Counted from the stretch's first letter, positions 53,701-63,383 are shown. The stretch is 64,000 bases of DNA from Chloroflexota bacterium (GCA_021802585.1 JAJZRQ010000005.1:761-64760); one strand, 5' to 3'. Made by a program: numbers and translations. The notes: a model not told the origin generated them from the sequence alone.

Positions 53701-54181
53701 CGCCCCCGCCGAAGGAGCCCCACAGCGTCTCGAGCGCCGTCTCGTCGCCCGGGCCGATCCAGCCCTGGTGGACGAGGATCGAGATGAGGTCGATCTTCTC
53801 TGGGCCCTTCGCCTCGCCGAGGTTCCGGATCGCCTTGACGTCGCCGGCGTCCCGCGAGCGGAGGGCGATGTCGATGAGCTCGCGGTTCGTCTTCTCGGGG
53901 CCGAAGACCGGGAGCTCCGCCCCCGGGGGGATCCGCTGGAGGACCGCGGCGACCGCCCGGTTGCCGGCGAGCGCGCTAAGCTGGACGACGACGTCCGGCG
54001 CCAGCGGCGTCGCCGACCGGGAGAGGTAGGGCTCGAGCCGGTCGTCGCCGGGGAGGAGCGGCGACACGTCGAGCGCCGCCGCGGTGGCCCCCGGGGCGCC
54101 GGACCGCGCGACGCGCCCGGCGGACGCCGCCTCCTCGGGCGCCGCCAGGGGTCCCCGGCGGACGGGGGCCGGGTCGGTCAC
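50771..54181 (-). CDS. Large (1136 aa) protein of unknown function
   Basis: GTG 54181 follows GAGGAG. N-terminal LSALAGNRAVAAVLQR motif, long helical body, central hydrophobic segment, Pro/Thr/Gly-rich tail. The ORF part upstream of 54181 overlaps the MBL gene region and is not coding. Confidence 0.6.
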   Translation of the reverse strand: MTDPAPVRRGPLAAPEEAASAGRVARSGAPGATAAALDVSPLLPGDDRLEPYLSRSATPLAPDVVVQLSALAGNRAVAAVLQRIPPGAELPVFGPEKTNRELIDIALRSRDAGDVKAIRNLGEAKGPEKIDLISILVHQGWIGPGDETALETLWGSFGGGVLDQARANSELWRLSLEGGAELYTLPIVRAQADKFLVDVRSIAGGYLDANEKYIGEELKRLGVPEEGGGEGGGGAPGAAPGAAPSAEEQAQRLTELSVAMRLTKDAKKTQLSLRSIVVGIRRAYYMLTDRTVYFPVTFDPARPPDPTDANPPADRIEKARAAGASPETLAPVPYRDVKAQWDVLEAIMQGLSIAYPVVGIGMMGGDRPMEAASATEDPRAARAAILGMLTSTRDSIRSTRPKLAGSLAYELTPIHNQLFGGARGTTGVDWKDAAAQALAKEVLDLESTAEFWKTMGLSTLAAAAFILAEFATAGMATAALVGFGVGIGAGQAAVAWDKAMEMTQAARATTGGGTELLASGQAEMAVFEAALATAMVAVDALSAAKPLGRALSGAVDRAALAAGSKAGGRILEELAELAGRAPDRALVERAVSELGAETVAARTGRNAAQLLEIVGEESPIAARLRALAGASQDLLKLSPAEFARRAGNLAAEKAADPAVAEQVAALAVERFGPKRVLDMNGGWRTLSMTLGNESAAGKAIMRWRDGMIGDIEAFVRELPGGIDRETGQVAVKRTGSQGAFTNDFDVSLLGPHASKNRSAVRSFMAGRAGTTPDRLGELLLADFFTDPRRLHLYDQLDPALRAEVSARAEKVAEATILNKTLHDAQQAGNDQLVRAIEQQMEQLGVPKATFRPLSEGDRAALYTKIDDLHTQLEQAIQGGDKAAQKSLVQQIGDSQGLINATEGGGYFSGGATRQIVSLAEGLLAGQTTALPEHVYTALLDQLPKLNAEATSLLRTGFVATEDAVGAIKGVAKYGNRFRELMRDLGVVVPDESAWDDLAARLQKLLHEAKGEADVTLLSRLQTEAGEVERDVSSALGQFRAESQRVLMTLNRQAAMGGQQVNFAAIQMLVMATAKLSRTGSAIRGSLLALAAQLERMSAAAARASGTPGGGGAPEATPGPGTTTPAPTTPAPGPTGG

Positions 54182-54333
54182 GCGAACTCCTCGTGGGCCG
54201 CGGGGGCCGCGGCGGGGCCCGGGACGACGCCCTGATCGTGGCGCGGCCCGTCGCGACGGGGGAGCCCGGACCGGGCGGACGATCGGGCGGGATCGGCTGC
54301 CCGATCGGGCAGGGGCCCAGGTGCCGGGCGGGG

Positions 54334-55176
54334 TCAGACGAGGCGCCCCGAGGCCTGGGCAAGGCCGCGGCCGAGGGCGGCGTGGACCGGCTCGGTCGGC
54401 CAGCCGAGGTGTCGCGCGGCCGCGTCCACGAGGTCGTGCGGGGCGTGGCCGCGCGGGTCGTGGCCGGCGGCGCGCAGCTCGGGCCACGTGCGCCGGGCGG
54501 TCTCCGCGAGGTACGCGATGTCGGCCAGCTGCGCCTCGACGAACTCGCGGCCCACCGGGTCGCCGTGGCCCGGCACGATGACGGAACCGACGATGTCGAG
54601 GAGGAGCCCAAGGGTCCCCGGCCACTCGAGGAGGAACGAGTCCTCGAATCCGGGCGGGGCGCCCTGCTCCACGAGGTCCCCGGCGAAGACGACGCCGCTG
54701 TCCGGGACCCGGACGACGACGTCGTGGTCCGTGTGCCCCCGGCCGAGGTGGCGGAGCTCCACGACGCGGCCCCCGAGGTCGAGGTCCGCGGCGGTCGCGA
54801 ACGTCCGGTCGGGCGGATCGAGCGGCGTCTCGCCGAGCTCGTCGCGGAGGTCGGGGACCCAGCGCACGACGTTCTCGCGCTGGGCCGGCCCGTGGATCTG
54901 GAGGGTGTCCGCGCACCCCTCGTGGGCCCAGATCTCGCAGGGGCGGAACGCCGCGTTCCCGAAGGCGTGGTCGAAGTGGACGTGGGTGTTCGTCACGACC
55001 CACGGGAGGCGGGTCAGCTGGCGGAGGTCCTCGATGAGCTCGCGGGCCTGGACGGTCGTCGCGCGCGTGTCGACGACGAGGACGCGCTCCCGGCCCACGA
55101 CCGCCCCGATCGTCTGGTCCAGGAACGGATATCGGCGCACGAACGCGCGGTCGGCGACCTCGCGCCAGGGGTGCAT
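54334..55176 (-). CDS. MBL-fold metallo-hydrolase
   Basis: VVTNTHVHFDHAFGN, GRGHTDHD, VIVPGHG. Confidence 0.85.
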   Translation of the reverse strand: MHPWREVADRAFVRRYPFLDQTIGAVVGRERVLVVDTRATTVQARELIEDLRQLTRLPWVVTNTHVHFDHAFGNAAFRPCEIWAHEGCADTLQIHGPAQRENVVRWVPDLRDELGETPLDPPDRTFATAADLDLGGRVVELRHLGRGHTDHDVVVRVPDSGVVFAGDLVEQGAPPGFEDSFLLEWPGTLGLLLDIVGSVIVPGHGDPVGREFVEAQLADIAYLAETARRTWPELRAAGHDPRGHAPHDLVDAAARHLGWPTEPVHAALGRGLAQASGRLV

Positions 55177-55196
55177 CGGTGACCAGGCAACCTTCG

Positions 55197-55601
55197 TCAG
55201 CCGGCGTGGATCGAGCTCAGCCCCTCGAGCGCCTTGCGGGCGGCCCCGACGTCGCTGACGACGAAGCTGAACTGCGCCTGGTCCCCCCAGCGCCCGATGA
55301 ACAGGTGGCCGTAGATGTTCACCCCGGCGTCGGCGAGGCGGCGCGCGACCCGGGCCATCCCGCCCGGCTGGTCGTCCACCTCGACGAGGAGGGACTCGCC
55401 CTCGATGAACTCGTAGCCGCCGCGCTCCAAGATCGAGCGCGTCGTGTCGTCGTCGGCCGTCTTGAAGATGACGTGGCCCATCTCGCCGATCCCGCCGCCC
55501 CCGATCGCGCGCAGGTCAACCCCCGCCGCGGCGAGGTGCTCGGACAGGTCGGCCAGCGCGCCCGGGACGTTCGGGAGCTGGACGACGAACTGGTTCGCCA
55601 T
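55197..55601 (-). CDS. Tandem ACT-domain protein
   Basis: FVVQLPNVPGALADLSEHLAAAGVDL and VEVDDQPGGMARVARRLADAGVNI. ATG 55601. Confidence 0.75.
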   Translation of the reverse strand: MANQFVVQLPNVPGALADLSEHLAAAGVDLRAIGGGGIGEMGHVIFKTADDDTTRSILERGGYEFIEGESLLVEVDDQPGGMARVARRLADAGVNIYGHLFIGRWGDQAQFSFVVSDVGAARKALEGLSSIHAG

Positions 55602-55807
55602 GGGCGGGCTACCCTCCGATGCGCGCCGCCGACGGGCCGCGGCCGGACTCGTGCCGATTGTACGCACCCGGGGGGAAGGCGCGGCGGCCCTCGTGCGCCG
55701 ACCTCCGCCCCGGCCCGCGGTCCCGCCCGACGGGCCTTCCATCCCGCGGGGCCCGGGCGGCGGGCACAATGGCACCACGCGCAAGCCCGCACCCGAGGAG
55801 CCCTCCC

Positions 55808-57247
55808 GTGGTCGACACGTACCAGCAGTTCATCGGCGGCCAGTTCGTGGACAGCGCGAGCGGCCGGACGCTCGACGTCGTGAACCCGGCCCGCGACGAG
55901 GTCATCGCCCGCGTCCCCGCGAGCGACCGGGAGGACGTGGACCGCGCCGCGAGCGCCGCCGCCGCCGCGTTCGCGAGCTGGCGGAACACGACCCCCCAGG
56001 AGCGGTCGCTCCTGCTCCTCCGGATCGCCGACGCGATCGAGGCCCGGGCCGACGAGCTGGGCCGCCTCGAGAGCCGGAACACGGGCAAGCCGGTCGCCGG
56101 CGCCATCGAGGAGATGGGCGTCGCCGCCGACCTGTTCCGCTTCTTCGCCGGTGCCTGCCGCCAGATGGAGGGCAAGGCGGTCACCGAGTACCTCGCCGGG
56201 CACACGTCGCTGTTCCGGCGCGACCCGGTCGGCGTCGTCGCCTCGATCGCGCCGTGGAACTACCCCCTGTACATGGCCGCCTGGAAGCTCGGGCCGGCGC
56301 TCGCGACGGGCAACACCGTCGTCCTCAAGCCGTCCGCCCGGACGCCGCTCACGGCCCTGACGTTCGCCGGAATCGCGGCCGAGCACCTGCCGCCGGGCGT
56401 CGTCAACGTCCTCTCCGGGAGCGGGGCGGAGATGGGCGACTTCCTCGTGACCCACCCCAAGATCCGGATGATCTCGATCACCGGGGACACGGTCACCGGC
56501 AAGCACGTCGCCCGCCTCGCGTCGGACGGGGTGAAGCGCCTCCACCTCGAGCTCGGCGGGAAAGCCCCGGTCGTCGTCTTCGACGACGCCGACGTCGACC
56601 TCGCGGCCGAGAACATCCGGCTCTACGGCTACGCGAACTCGGGCCAGGACTGCACCGCGGCCTGCCGGGTGATCGCCGGGCCAACGGTCTACGAGGCGCT
56701 CGTCGACCGGCTCGCCGGCCAGGTCCGGACGATCGCCTGGGGCGACCCGGCCGAGCACGAGTCGCTGGACATGGGCTCGCTCATCGCCCAGGCCCAGGTC
56801 GACAAGGTCGCGGGGATGGTGGAGCGCGCGATCGAGGCCCCCGGCGTCCAGCTCGTCGTCGGCGGGCACCGCCCGGCGCGCGCCGGCGCCTACTACGAGC
56901 CGACGCTCATCGCGGGGCCCGACCAGGCGAGCGAGATCGTCCAGGAGGAGGTCTTCGGGCCGGTCGTCACGGTCCAGCGCTTCGCCGACGAGGAGCAGGC
57001 CGTGGCCTGGGCGAACGACGTGAAGTACGGCCTCTCGTCGTCGATCTTCACCGCCAGCATCGGCCGGGCGATGCGCGTCTCAAAGGCGCTCGAGTTCGGC
57101 ACGGTCTGGATCAACGAGCATTTCACCCTCACCTCCGAGACGCCGCACGGCGGGGTCAAGGAATCCGGCTGGGGCAAGGACGGCTCGATGTACGCGCTCG
57201 AGGACTACACGTTCGTCAAGAACGTCATGGTCAACTGGGGCGCCTGA
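55808..57247 (+). CDS. NAD(P)-dependent aldehyde dehydrogenase
   Basis: FASWRNTTPQERS, SIAPWNYPL, LELGGKAP, catalytic Cys in GQDCTAA, EEVFGPV. GTG 55808 follows GAGGAG. Confidence 0.9.
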   Translation: MVDTYQQFIGGQFVDSASGRTLDVVNPARDEVIARVPASDREDVDRAASAAAAAFASWRNTTPQERSLLLLRIADAIEARADELGRLESRNTGKPVAGAIEEMGVAADLFRFFAGACRQMEGKAVTEYLAGHTSLFRRDPVGVVASIAPWNYPLYMAAWKLGPALATGNTVVLKPSARTPLTALTFAGIAAEHLPPGVVNVLSGSGAEMGDFLVTHPKIRMISITGDTVTGKHVARLASDGVKRLHLELGGKAPVVVFDDADVDLAAENIRLYGYANSGQDCTAACRVIAGPTVYEALVDRLAGQVRTIAWGDPAEHESLDMGSLIAQAQVDKVAGMVERAIEAPGVQLVVGGHRPARAGAYYEPTLIAGPDQASEIVQEEVFGPVVTVQRFADEEQAVAWANDVKYGLSSSIFTASIGRAMRVSKALEFGTVWINEHFTLTSETPHGGVKESGWGKDGSMYALEDYTFVKNVMVNWGA

Positions 57248-57257
57248 CCGGGGCGCA

Positions 57258-58001
57258 GTGGACGAGGCGCGGATCCCGATCGGCGAGGGCACCCGGGTCC
57301 TCGTCCTGACCGGCGCCGGCATCTCCGCGGAGAGCGGCCTCGCCACGTTCCGCGGCGGGGGCGGCCTCTGGGAGGGCTACCCCGTCGAGCAGGTGGCGTC
57401 GCCGGAGGGCTTCGCGGCCGACCCCGAGCTCGTCTGGCGCTTCTATTCGATGCGTCGCCGCGCCGCGGCGGAGGCCGAGCCGAACGCCGCCCACCGGGCC
57501 CTCGCGACGCTCGAGGAGGGCCTCGGCGACCGGCTCCTCCTCGTGACCCAGAACGTCGACGGGCTCCACGCCCGGGCCGGGAGCCGGCGCGTCGTCGAGG
57601 TCCACGGGACGCTCTGGCGGACCCGCTGCAGCCGCTGCCTGCGCCCTCCGTTCGACGACGCGACCGAGCCGCTGGGGCCGCCCCTCCCGCGCTGCACCTG
57701 CGGCGCGCTCCTGCGGCCGGACATCGTCTGGTTCGGGGAGATGCTCGACCCGGCGGCGACGGGCCGCGTCGAAGGCTTCCTCCGCGCCGCGCGGCGCTCC
57801 GGCGCTCCGCTCGTGTTCGTCGCCGTCGGGACCTCGGGCAACGTCTACCCGGCGGCGGGCTATGTGCACGCGGCGCGGGCCCATGGGGCCGAGACGTGGC
57901 TCGTGAACCTCGACCCGGCCCTGAATGCCACGTCGTTCGACCACATCGTGACGGGGCCGGCCGGCGAGGTCCTCCCACGGCTCCTCGGACTCGACGGCTG
58001 A
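57258..58001 (+). CDS. cobB: Sir2-family NAD-dependent protein deacylase
   Basis: TGAGISAESGLATFRG, QNVDGLH, Zn Cys pairs CSRC...CTCG, GTSGNVYPAA. Confidence 0.9.
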   Translation: MDEARIPIGEGTRVLVLTGAGISAESGLATFRGGGGLWEGYPVEQVASPEGFAADPELVWRFYSMRRRAAAEAEPNAAHRALATLEEGLGDRLLLVTQNVDGLHARAGSRRVVEVHGTLWRTRCSRCLRPPFDDATEPLGPPLPRCTCGALLRPDIVWFGEMLDPAATGRVEGFLRAARRSGAPLVFVAVGTSGNVYPAAGYVHAARAHGAETWLVNLDPALNATSFDHIVTGPAGEVLPRLLGLDG

Positions 58002-58143
58002 CGCCGGGCGCGAGCGCGGGGCGCCGGCGCCCGCGCCCCGGTCACACGCGGGTCGGCCGGTTCGTCGTAGGCTGCAGGCGAGCGCCGGGCGGGAAGCCGC
58101 CCGGCCGTCCGGAGGGGCCTCGGTGAGGTCGGGAGGAGACGAG

Positions 58144-58476
58144 ATGCGCCGGCGGTTCGCGATCCTGCTCGTCACGCTCGGGCTCGTCGCCGCGTGCGGC
58201 GGCGGGACCCCGACCCCCACGCCCGCCCCGGTCGCGACCCCGGCCCCCACGGACATCTTCGGGGGCTCGCCGGCTCCCACGGAGGAGGCGACGCCGCCCG
58301 CGGTCGAGACGGCATCCCCGGTCGCCGGCAAGCGCTACACCGTGAAGAAGGGCGACACGATGTGGGCGATTGCCCAGCGCTATGGGGTGAGCCTGGCGGA
58401 CCTGAAGGCCGCGAACCCCGACGTCGACCCGCGGGCGATGCGGATCGGGACGGTCCTCGTCATCCCGGGGCAGTAG
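58144..58476 (+). CDS. LysM-domain lipoprotein
   Basis: LVAACGGG lipobox. YTVKKGDTMWAIAQRYGVSLADLKAANP LysM. Confidence 0.8.
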   Translation: MRRRFAILLVTLGLVAACGGGTPTPTPAPVATPAPTDIFGGSPAPTEEATPPAVETASPVAGKRYTVKKGDTMWAIAQRYGVSLADLKAANPDVDPRAMRIGTVLVIPGQ

Positions 58477-58483
58477 CCGCTCC

Positions 58484-59503
58484 GTGCCGCCGCGCCCGCC
58501 CCGCGTCCTCGGCGATCCCGGCCGGCCCGCCCTCCGCGCGCTCGATCGCCGGGCCCTCCGCACCGCCGTCCTCGGCTGGTTCGCCGCCCACGGCCGGGAG
58601 CTCGCGTTCCGGACGGGGGGCCGCCCGGACCCCTGGGGCATCCTCGTCGCGGAGGTCATGGCGCAGCAGACGCAGATCGCCCGGGTCGAGGAGCGCTGGC
58701 CGGCATTCGTCGCCGCCTTCCCGACGCCGGAGGCGATGGCGGCCGCCTCCCCCGCCGACGTCATCCGGGCCTGGCGCGGCCTCGGCTACAACCGGCGGGC
58801 GCTCGCCCTCCACCGCGCCGCGACCGCGATCGTCGCCAGCGGAGGCGCCGTCCCGCGCGACCTCGCAGGGCTCGGGGCGCTGCCGGGCGTCGGGCCGTAC
58901 ACCGCCCGGGCGGTCGCGTCGGTCGCCTTCGGGCAGCCCGTCGGGGCCGTGGACGTGAACGTGCGGCGCGTGCTCGGTCGGATCGTCGTCGGCGACCCGG
59001 CCCGCATCTCCCCGGCGGCCCTCCAGGCGGAGGCGGACGCCGTCGTCGATCCGCGGCGGCCGGGGACCTGGACGCATGCGCTCATGGACCTCGGGGCGAC
59101 GCTCTGCCGGCCCGTGCGACCGGCCTGCGGCTCCTGCCCGGCCCGGCCGTGGTGCACGTTCGCGGCGCGCGGGGTCGACGCCGCAGGCCTGGGGGGGCCT
59201 GCGCCGCGGCCCCGGCGAGCGACCCCGTTCGAAGGGACGAGCCGCTGGCTCCGCGGAAGGCTCGTGGACCGGCTGCGCGAGGCGCCGGCCGACGCCGCCG
59301 TCGACCTCGCCGGGCCGCACGGGGGGCACTCGGCCGAGGCCGTGGAGCGGGCGCTCTCGGCGCTCGCCCGGGAGGGCCTCATCGAGCTCGACGCTCGCGG
59401 CGGGGCCCGCCTGGCGGGCTCGGGCGCCGTTCCGGCCGTGCCGGGGTCGCCGGTCGGGCACCGGGCGACGACCGCGCCCGGCGCGCCCGCCGAGCTCCGC
59501 TGA
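58484..59503 (+). CDS. mutY: A/G-specific adenine DNA glycosylase
   Basis: PWGILVAEVMAQQTQ, GLGYNRRA, LPGVGPYTA HhH-GPD and the 4Fe-4S loop CRPVRPACGSCPARPWC. Confidence 0.85.
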   Translation: MPPRPPRVLGDPGRPALRALDRRALRTAVLGWFAAHGRELAFRTGGRPDPWGILVAEVMAQQTQIARVEERWPAFVAAFPTPEAMAAASPADVIRAWRGLGYNRRALALHRAATAIVASGGAVPRDLAGLGALPGVGPYTARAVASVAFGQPVGAVDVNVRRVLGRIVVGDPARISPAALQAEADAVVDPRRPGTWTHALMDLGATLCRPVRPACGSCPARPWCTFAARGVDAAGLGGPAPRPRRATPFEGTSRWLRGRLVDRLREAPADAAVDLAGPHGGHSAEAVERALSALAREGLIELDARGGARLAGSGAVPAVPGSPVGHRATTAPGAPAELR

Positions 59504-59514
59504 GGCGCGCCGGC

Positions 59515-62415
59515 ATGGCGCGGTCGGAAGCCCGCAACCAGGCGATCCGCGCCGAGCCTCGCTCGGTCGGCTCGGCCCGCGCGCGCGACCCCCTCGCCCG
59601 CGAGGTCCGCCTCCTCGGGGCGCTCCTCGGCGAGGTCATCGCCGAGCAGGAGGGTCCCGCCGCCCTCGACCTCGTGGAGCGCGTCCGGCGCCGCGCGATC
59701 GCGCGGCGCCGGGGAGGGGCGGCTCCCGGGGCGTTCGCGCCTGCCGCGCAGCCCGATCCCGAGCTCGCGGACCTCGACACGCCCCGGCTCGAGGTCCTTG
59801 CGCGTGCCTTCAGCACGTTCTTCCAGCTCGCCAACCTCGCGGAGGAGAAGGAGCGCGTCCGGGCGCTCCGGCGCCGCGCCCGGGCGGCCGGCAGGGCTCC
59901 CGCGGGCGGCTCGGTGGCCGCCGCCGTCGAGCGGCTCGTGGCGGCCGGCGACGGCGCCGGGGCCGTGGCCGCCCGGGTCGCCGGGCTCCACCTCGCGCCG
60001 GTCCTCACGGCCCACCCGACCGAGGCGCGGAGACGGACGGTCCTCCTCGCCCTCCGTCGCGTCTACGCGCTCCTCGACGCGTTCGACGACGCCCGCCTCA
60101 CGCCGGCCGAGGACGCCGACCTGCGGCGCCGCCTCCGCGAGGAGGTCACCGTCCTCTGGCGGACGGCGGACCTGCGGCTCGAGCGCCCGACGCCCCTCGA
60201 CGAGGTGCGCTCGGCGATGGTCTTCTTCGACGCCACCCTGTTCGCCGTGACGCCGCGCCTCTACCGGGCCGTCGACGCCGCCCTCGACCGGATGTCGCCC
60301 GGCCTCGGGCCGGACGCCGCCGCGCCGGACGCCGGACGGACGGGGACCCGGGCGCCGCGGACTCCCGCGTTCCTCCGCTGGGGGTCGTGGATCGGCGGCG
60401 ATCGCGACGGCCACCCCCTCGTGACGGCCGAGACGACGCTGGAGGCCCTCCGGATCCAGGCCGATCATGTCCTCCACGGGCACGCCGAGGTCGCGGCCCG
60501 GCTCATGGTCGACGTCGCCGCGCGGCCGCGGGGCGGGGCGACGCCGCCCCCGATCTCGCGGCGCCTCCTGGCGGACGCCGACGACCTCCCCGACGCGATG
60601 CGGGACCTCGAGGCGCGCTTCCCCCGCGAGCCGTACCGGCGGCGGCTGGGCGCGATCGCGGAGCGCCTCCGCCGGACCCGCGCGCACCTCGCCGGGCTGC
60701 CCGGCCCGCGCGGCGGGCGCTACGCGGCGCCCGAGGAGCTCCTTGTCGAGCTGGCCGAGATGGAGGCCGCGCTCGAGGCCGACGGGCTCGGGCGCGTCGC
60801 GCACGGCGCGCTGCGGGACTTCCGCTGGCAGGTCGAGACGTTCGGATTCCACCTCGCCTCGCTCGAGGTCCGCCAGCACGCGGCGGTCCACCGGGCCGCG
60901 CTCGCGGCCCTCCGCGAGACGCCCGCGGCGCTCGGCCGCGAGGTCGCCCCCGGGGTCCCGGCCGGCGAGGTTCTCGCCACGTTCCGGGCGATCGCGGCGG
61001 CCCAGCGCCGCTTCGGCGAGGAGGCGTGCCGCCGCTGCGTCGTGAGCTTCACGGAGCGCGTCGCCGACGTCCTCGACGTCCTCGACCTCGCGGACCTCGC
61101 CGCCGACCCCGCGATCCCCGCCGGGGCGACCGGGGGGCTCGCCCCGGGTCGCCCGGCCCTCGACGTCGTGCCGCTCTTCGAGTCGGCCGAGGCGCTCGCC
61201 GCGGGTGGGGCGATCCTCGCCGCCCTCGTCGCGGAGCCCCGGTACCGCGCCCACCTGCGCGCCCGGGACGACCGCCAGGAGGTGATGCTGGGGTACTCCG
61301 ACTCGAACAAGGAGTCGGGGTACGTCGCCTCGCACTGGCTCCTCTACCGGGCCCAGGAGCGGCTCGCCGCGGCGGCCCGGGAGGCGGGCCTGGAGCTCAC
61401 CGTGTTCCACGGGCGCGGGGGGGCGCTCGGGCGGGGCGGCGGCCCGACCCACCGGGCCGTCCTCGCGGCGCCGCCGGCGGCGCTCGCCGGGCGTCTCAAG
61501 CTCACCGAGCAAGGGGAGGTGATCGCCGCCCGCTACGCGAACCCGACGCTCGCCCTCCGCTCGCTCGAGCAGGCGGTCTCGGCGACGCTCCTCGCGTCGA
61601 CCGCGGAGCACGCGGCGGCCGCCGCCGCGGCCGAGCGCGACGGCTCGGCGGCGATGGACGAGCTGGCCGCCGATGCGTGCGCCGCGTATCGCGCCCTCGT
61701 CTGGGACGACGCGGAGCTCGAGGCCGCCTTCGTCGCGGCGACCCCGATCGAGCAGATCGCCGGGCTCGCGCTCGGCTCGCGCCCGGCGGCCCGCGGCGGC
61801 CCCCTCGTCGGCGGGCGCCCGCCGACGACGCTCGCGGCCCTTCGGGCGATCCCGTGGGTCTTCGCCTGGACCCAGGCCCGCGCGAACCTCCCCGCCTGGT
61901 ACGGCCTCGGGGCCGCCGTGGCCGCGTTCGAACGACGCCACGGCTCGGCAGGGATGGCCCGCCTCCGGCGGCTCCACGCCGGGTGGCCGTTCCTGCGCCA
62001 TCTCGTCGAGAACGCCGAGGTCGCCCTCGCCCGCACGGACCTCCGCTCGGCGGCGGAGCACCTCGCGCTCGCCGGCGCGGCGGGGGAGCGGATCGCCGCG
62101 GTGATCGCCGACGAGCACGCCCGCAGCGCCCGGGCGGTCCTGGCGATCGGCGGCCGGGCGGCGCTCCTCGACGGCCTGCCGTCGCTCCAGCGCTCGATCG
62201 ACCTGCGGGCGCCATACCTCGACCTGCTCGGGGACCTCCAGGTCGAGGCGCTCGCGCGCCTCCGCGCCGCGCCGGCGCGCGGGGCTGCCAACGGAGCGGT
62301 GGACGCCGGCCGGCCGGCCGGGCGGGCCGCGGGGGACAGCGCGAGGACCGAGCTCGAGCGGCTCATCGGGCTCACGATCAGCGGGATCGCGGCGGGCGTC
62401 CAGGGCACGGGATAG
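59515..62415 (+). CDS. ppc: Phosphoenolpyruvate carboxylase
   Basis: LTAHPTEARRRT, VMLGYSDSNKESG, FHGRGGALGRGGGP, terminal ...AAGVQGTG. Confidence 0.92.
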   Translation: MARSEARNQAIRAEPRSVGSARARDPLAREVRLLGALLGEVIAEQEGPAALDLVERVRRRAIARRRGGAAPGAFAPAAQPDPELADLDTPRLEVLARAFSTFFQLANLAEEKERVRALRRRARAAGRAPAGGSVAAAVERLVAAGDGAGAVAARVAGLHLAPVLTAHPTEARRRTVLLALRRVYALLDAFDDARLTPAEDADLRRRLREEVTVLWRTADLRLERPTPLDEVRSAMVFFDATLFAVTPRLYRAVDAALDRMSPGLGPDAAAPDAGRTGTRAPRTPAFLRWGSWIGGDRDGHPLVTAETTLEALRIQADHVLHGHAEVAARLMVDVAARPRGGATPPPISRRLLADADDLPDAMRDLEARFPREPYRRRLGAIAERLRRTRAHLAGLPGPRGGRYAAPEELLVELAEMEAALEADGLGRVAHGALRDFRWQVETFGFHLASLEVRQHAAVHRAALAALRETPAALGREVAPGVPAGEVLATFRAIAAAQRRFGEEACRRCVVSFTERVADVLDVLDLADLAADPAIPAGATGGLAPGRPALDVVPLFESAEALAAGGAILAALVAEPRYRAHLRARDDRQEVMLGYSDSNKESGYVASHWLLYRAQERLAAAAREAGLELTVFHGRGGALGRGGGPTHRAVLAAPPAALAGRLKLTEQGEVIAARYANPTLALRSLEQAVSATLLASTAEHAAAAAAAERDGSAAMDELAADACAAYRALVWDDAELEAAFVAATPIEQIAGLALGSRPAARGGPLVGGRPPTTLAALRAIPWVFAWTQARANLPAWYGLGAAVAAFERRHGSAGMARLRRLHAGWPFLRHLVENAEVALARTDLRSAAEHLALAGAAGERIAAVIADEHARSARAVLAIGGRAALLDGLPSLQRSIDLRAPYLDLLGDLQVEALARLRAAPARGAANGAVDAGRPAGRAAGDSARTELERLIGLTISGIAAGVQGTG

Positions 62416-62567
62416 GCGCGCCGGGGATCGTCGGGCGGCCCGGGCGGCGCATCGGCGCCCCGGGGCGCGGCGCGCGGGGCGCCACGACCGACGCGGACAC
62501 ACGGCCGGCGCGGACACACGGGGGCGCGGCGCGGGCCCCGCCGACGCGCTACGCTTCCGACCCGCCG

Positions 62568-63383
62568 ATGCCGACCTCCCCCGACCGTCCCGCGCGTCCC
62601 ACCGCGGGCTCCGCGCCGCTCCCCGCCGACGACCGGCAGCTCTTCGAGCTCGACCTCGACGGGCTGGCCGCCCGCTGGTCGGATGCGATGGCACGCGCCC
62701 CGATGACCGCCGAGGAGATGACCGGCGCCGATGCCCGCGCCCAGCGCCTCGGCGTTCCCGGGATCCGGCTCATGGAGCAGGCGGGCACGGGCGTCGCCGC
62801 GGCGGCCCGAGCGCTCGCCGTCGCGACCGGCCGCTGGGGGGAGGGCCCGATCCTCGTCCTCTGCGGAGCCGGCAACAACGGCGGCGACGGGATGGTCGCC
62901 GCGCGCCGCCTCGCCGCGCACGGGGCGCGCGTGGCGGTCGCGCTCGTCGCGTCGGGGGCGCGACCCCAGACGCCGGACGCGGCCCGGAACTGGGACCGCC
63001 TCGCGCGGCTCGCCGGCGTGGAGCGCGTCCACGCCCCCGTCGCGCGGGACGTGGCGCTCCTCGGGCACGGGGTGGAGCGGGCGGCGATCGTCGTCGACGC
63101 GCTCCTCGGCACGGGGGTCCGGGGGCTCCTCCGGGAGCCCGTTCGCTCCGCGGTGGACCTTGCGAACCGGGCCCGCGCGGCCGGCGTCCCCGTCGTCGCG
63201 GTGGACTGCCCGACGGCGGTCGACCTCACCTCAGGAGAGCTGTCCGACCCGGTGGTCCGGGCCGACGTCACCGTGACGTTCCACCGCCCGAAGGCCGGGC
63301 TCCTCACGCGGCGGGGCGCCGCGGTCGCCGGCCGGGTCCTCGTCGCCCCGATCGGGATCCCCGCAGAGGCGGACCGTGCCTGA
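62568..63383 (+). CDS. NAD(P)H-hydrate epimerase (YjeF N-terminal domain)
   Basis: LMEQAG, VLCGAGNNGGDG, VDALLGTGVRG. Start uncertain. Confidence 0.8.
   Translation: MPTSPDRPARPTAGSAPLPADDRQLFELDLDGLAARWSDAMARAPMTAEEMTGADARAQRLGVPGIRLMEQAGTGVAAAARALAVATGRWGEGPILVLCGAGNNGGDGMVAARRLAAHGARVAVALVASGARPQTPDAARNWDRLARLAGVERVHAPVARDVALLGHGVERAAIVVDALLGTGVRGLLREPVRSAVDLANRARAAGVPVVAVDCPTAVDLTSGELSDPVVRADVTVTFHRPKAGLLTRRGAAVAGRVLVAPIGIPAEADRA

Noticed and set aside
50730-54235. 997-aa (minus) and 1023-aa (plus) ORFs overlapping the 1136-aa gene
   Set aside because: Same Arg/Gly/Pro/Asp-rich shadow character. Only the 50771..54181 frame gives a balanced, helix-rich protein with an SD-preceded start.
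59076-63383. 1435-aa plus-strand ORF, and the 1302-aa minus-strand ORF 58786..62694
   Set aside because: Extremely Arg/Pro/Gly/Ala-rich translations with no motifs. They overlap well-supported mutY, ppc and nnrE genes in other frames. These are typical stop-codon-poor shadow frames of GC-rich DNA.
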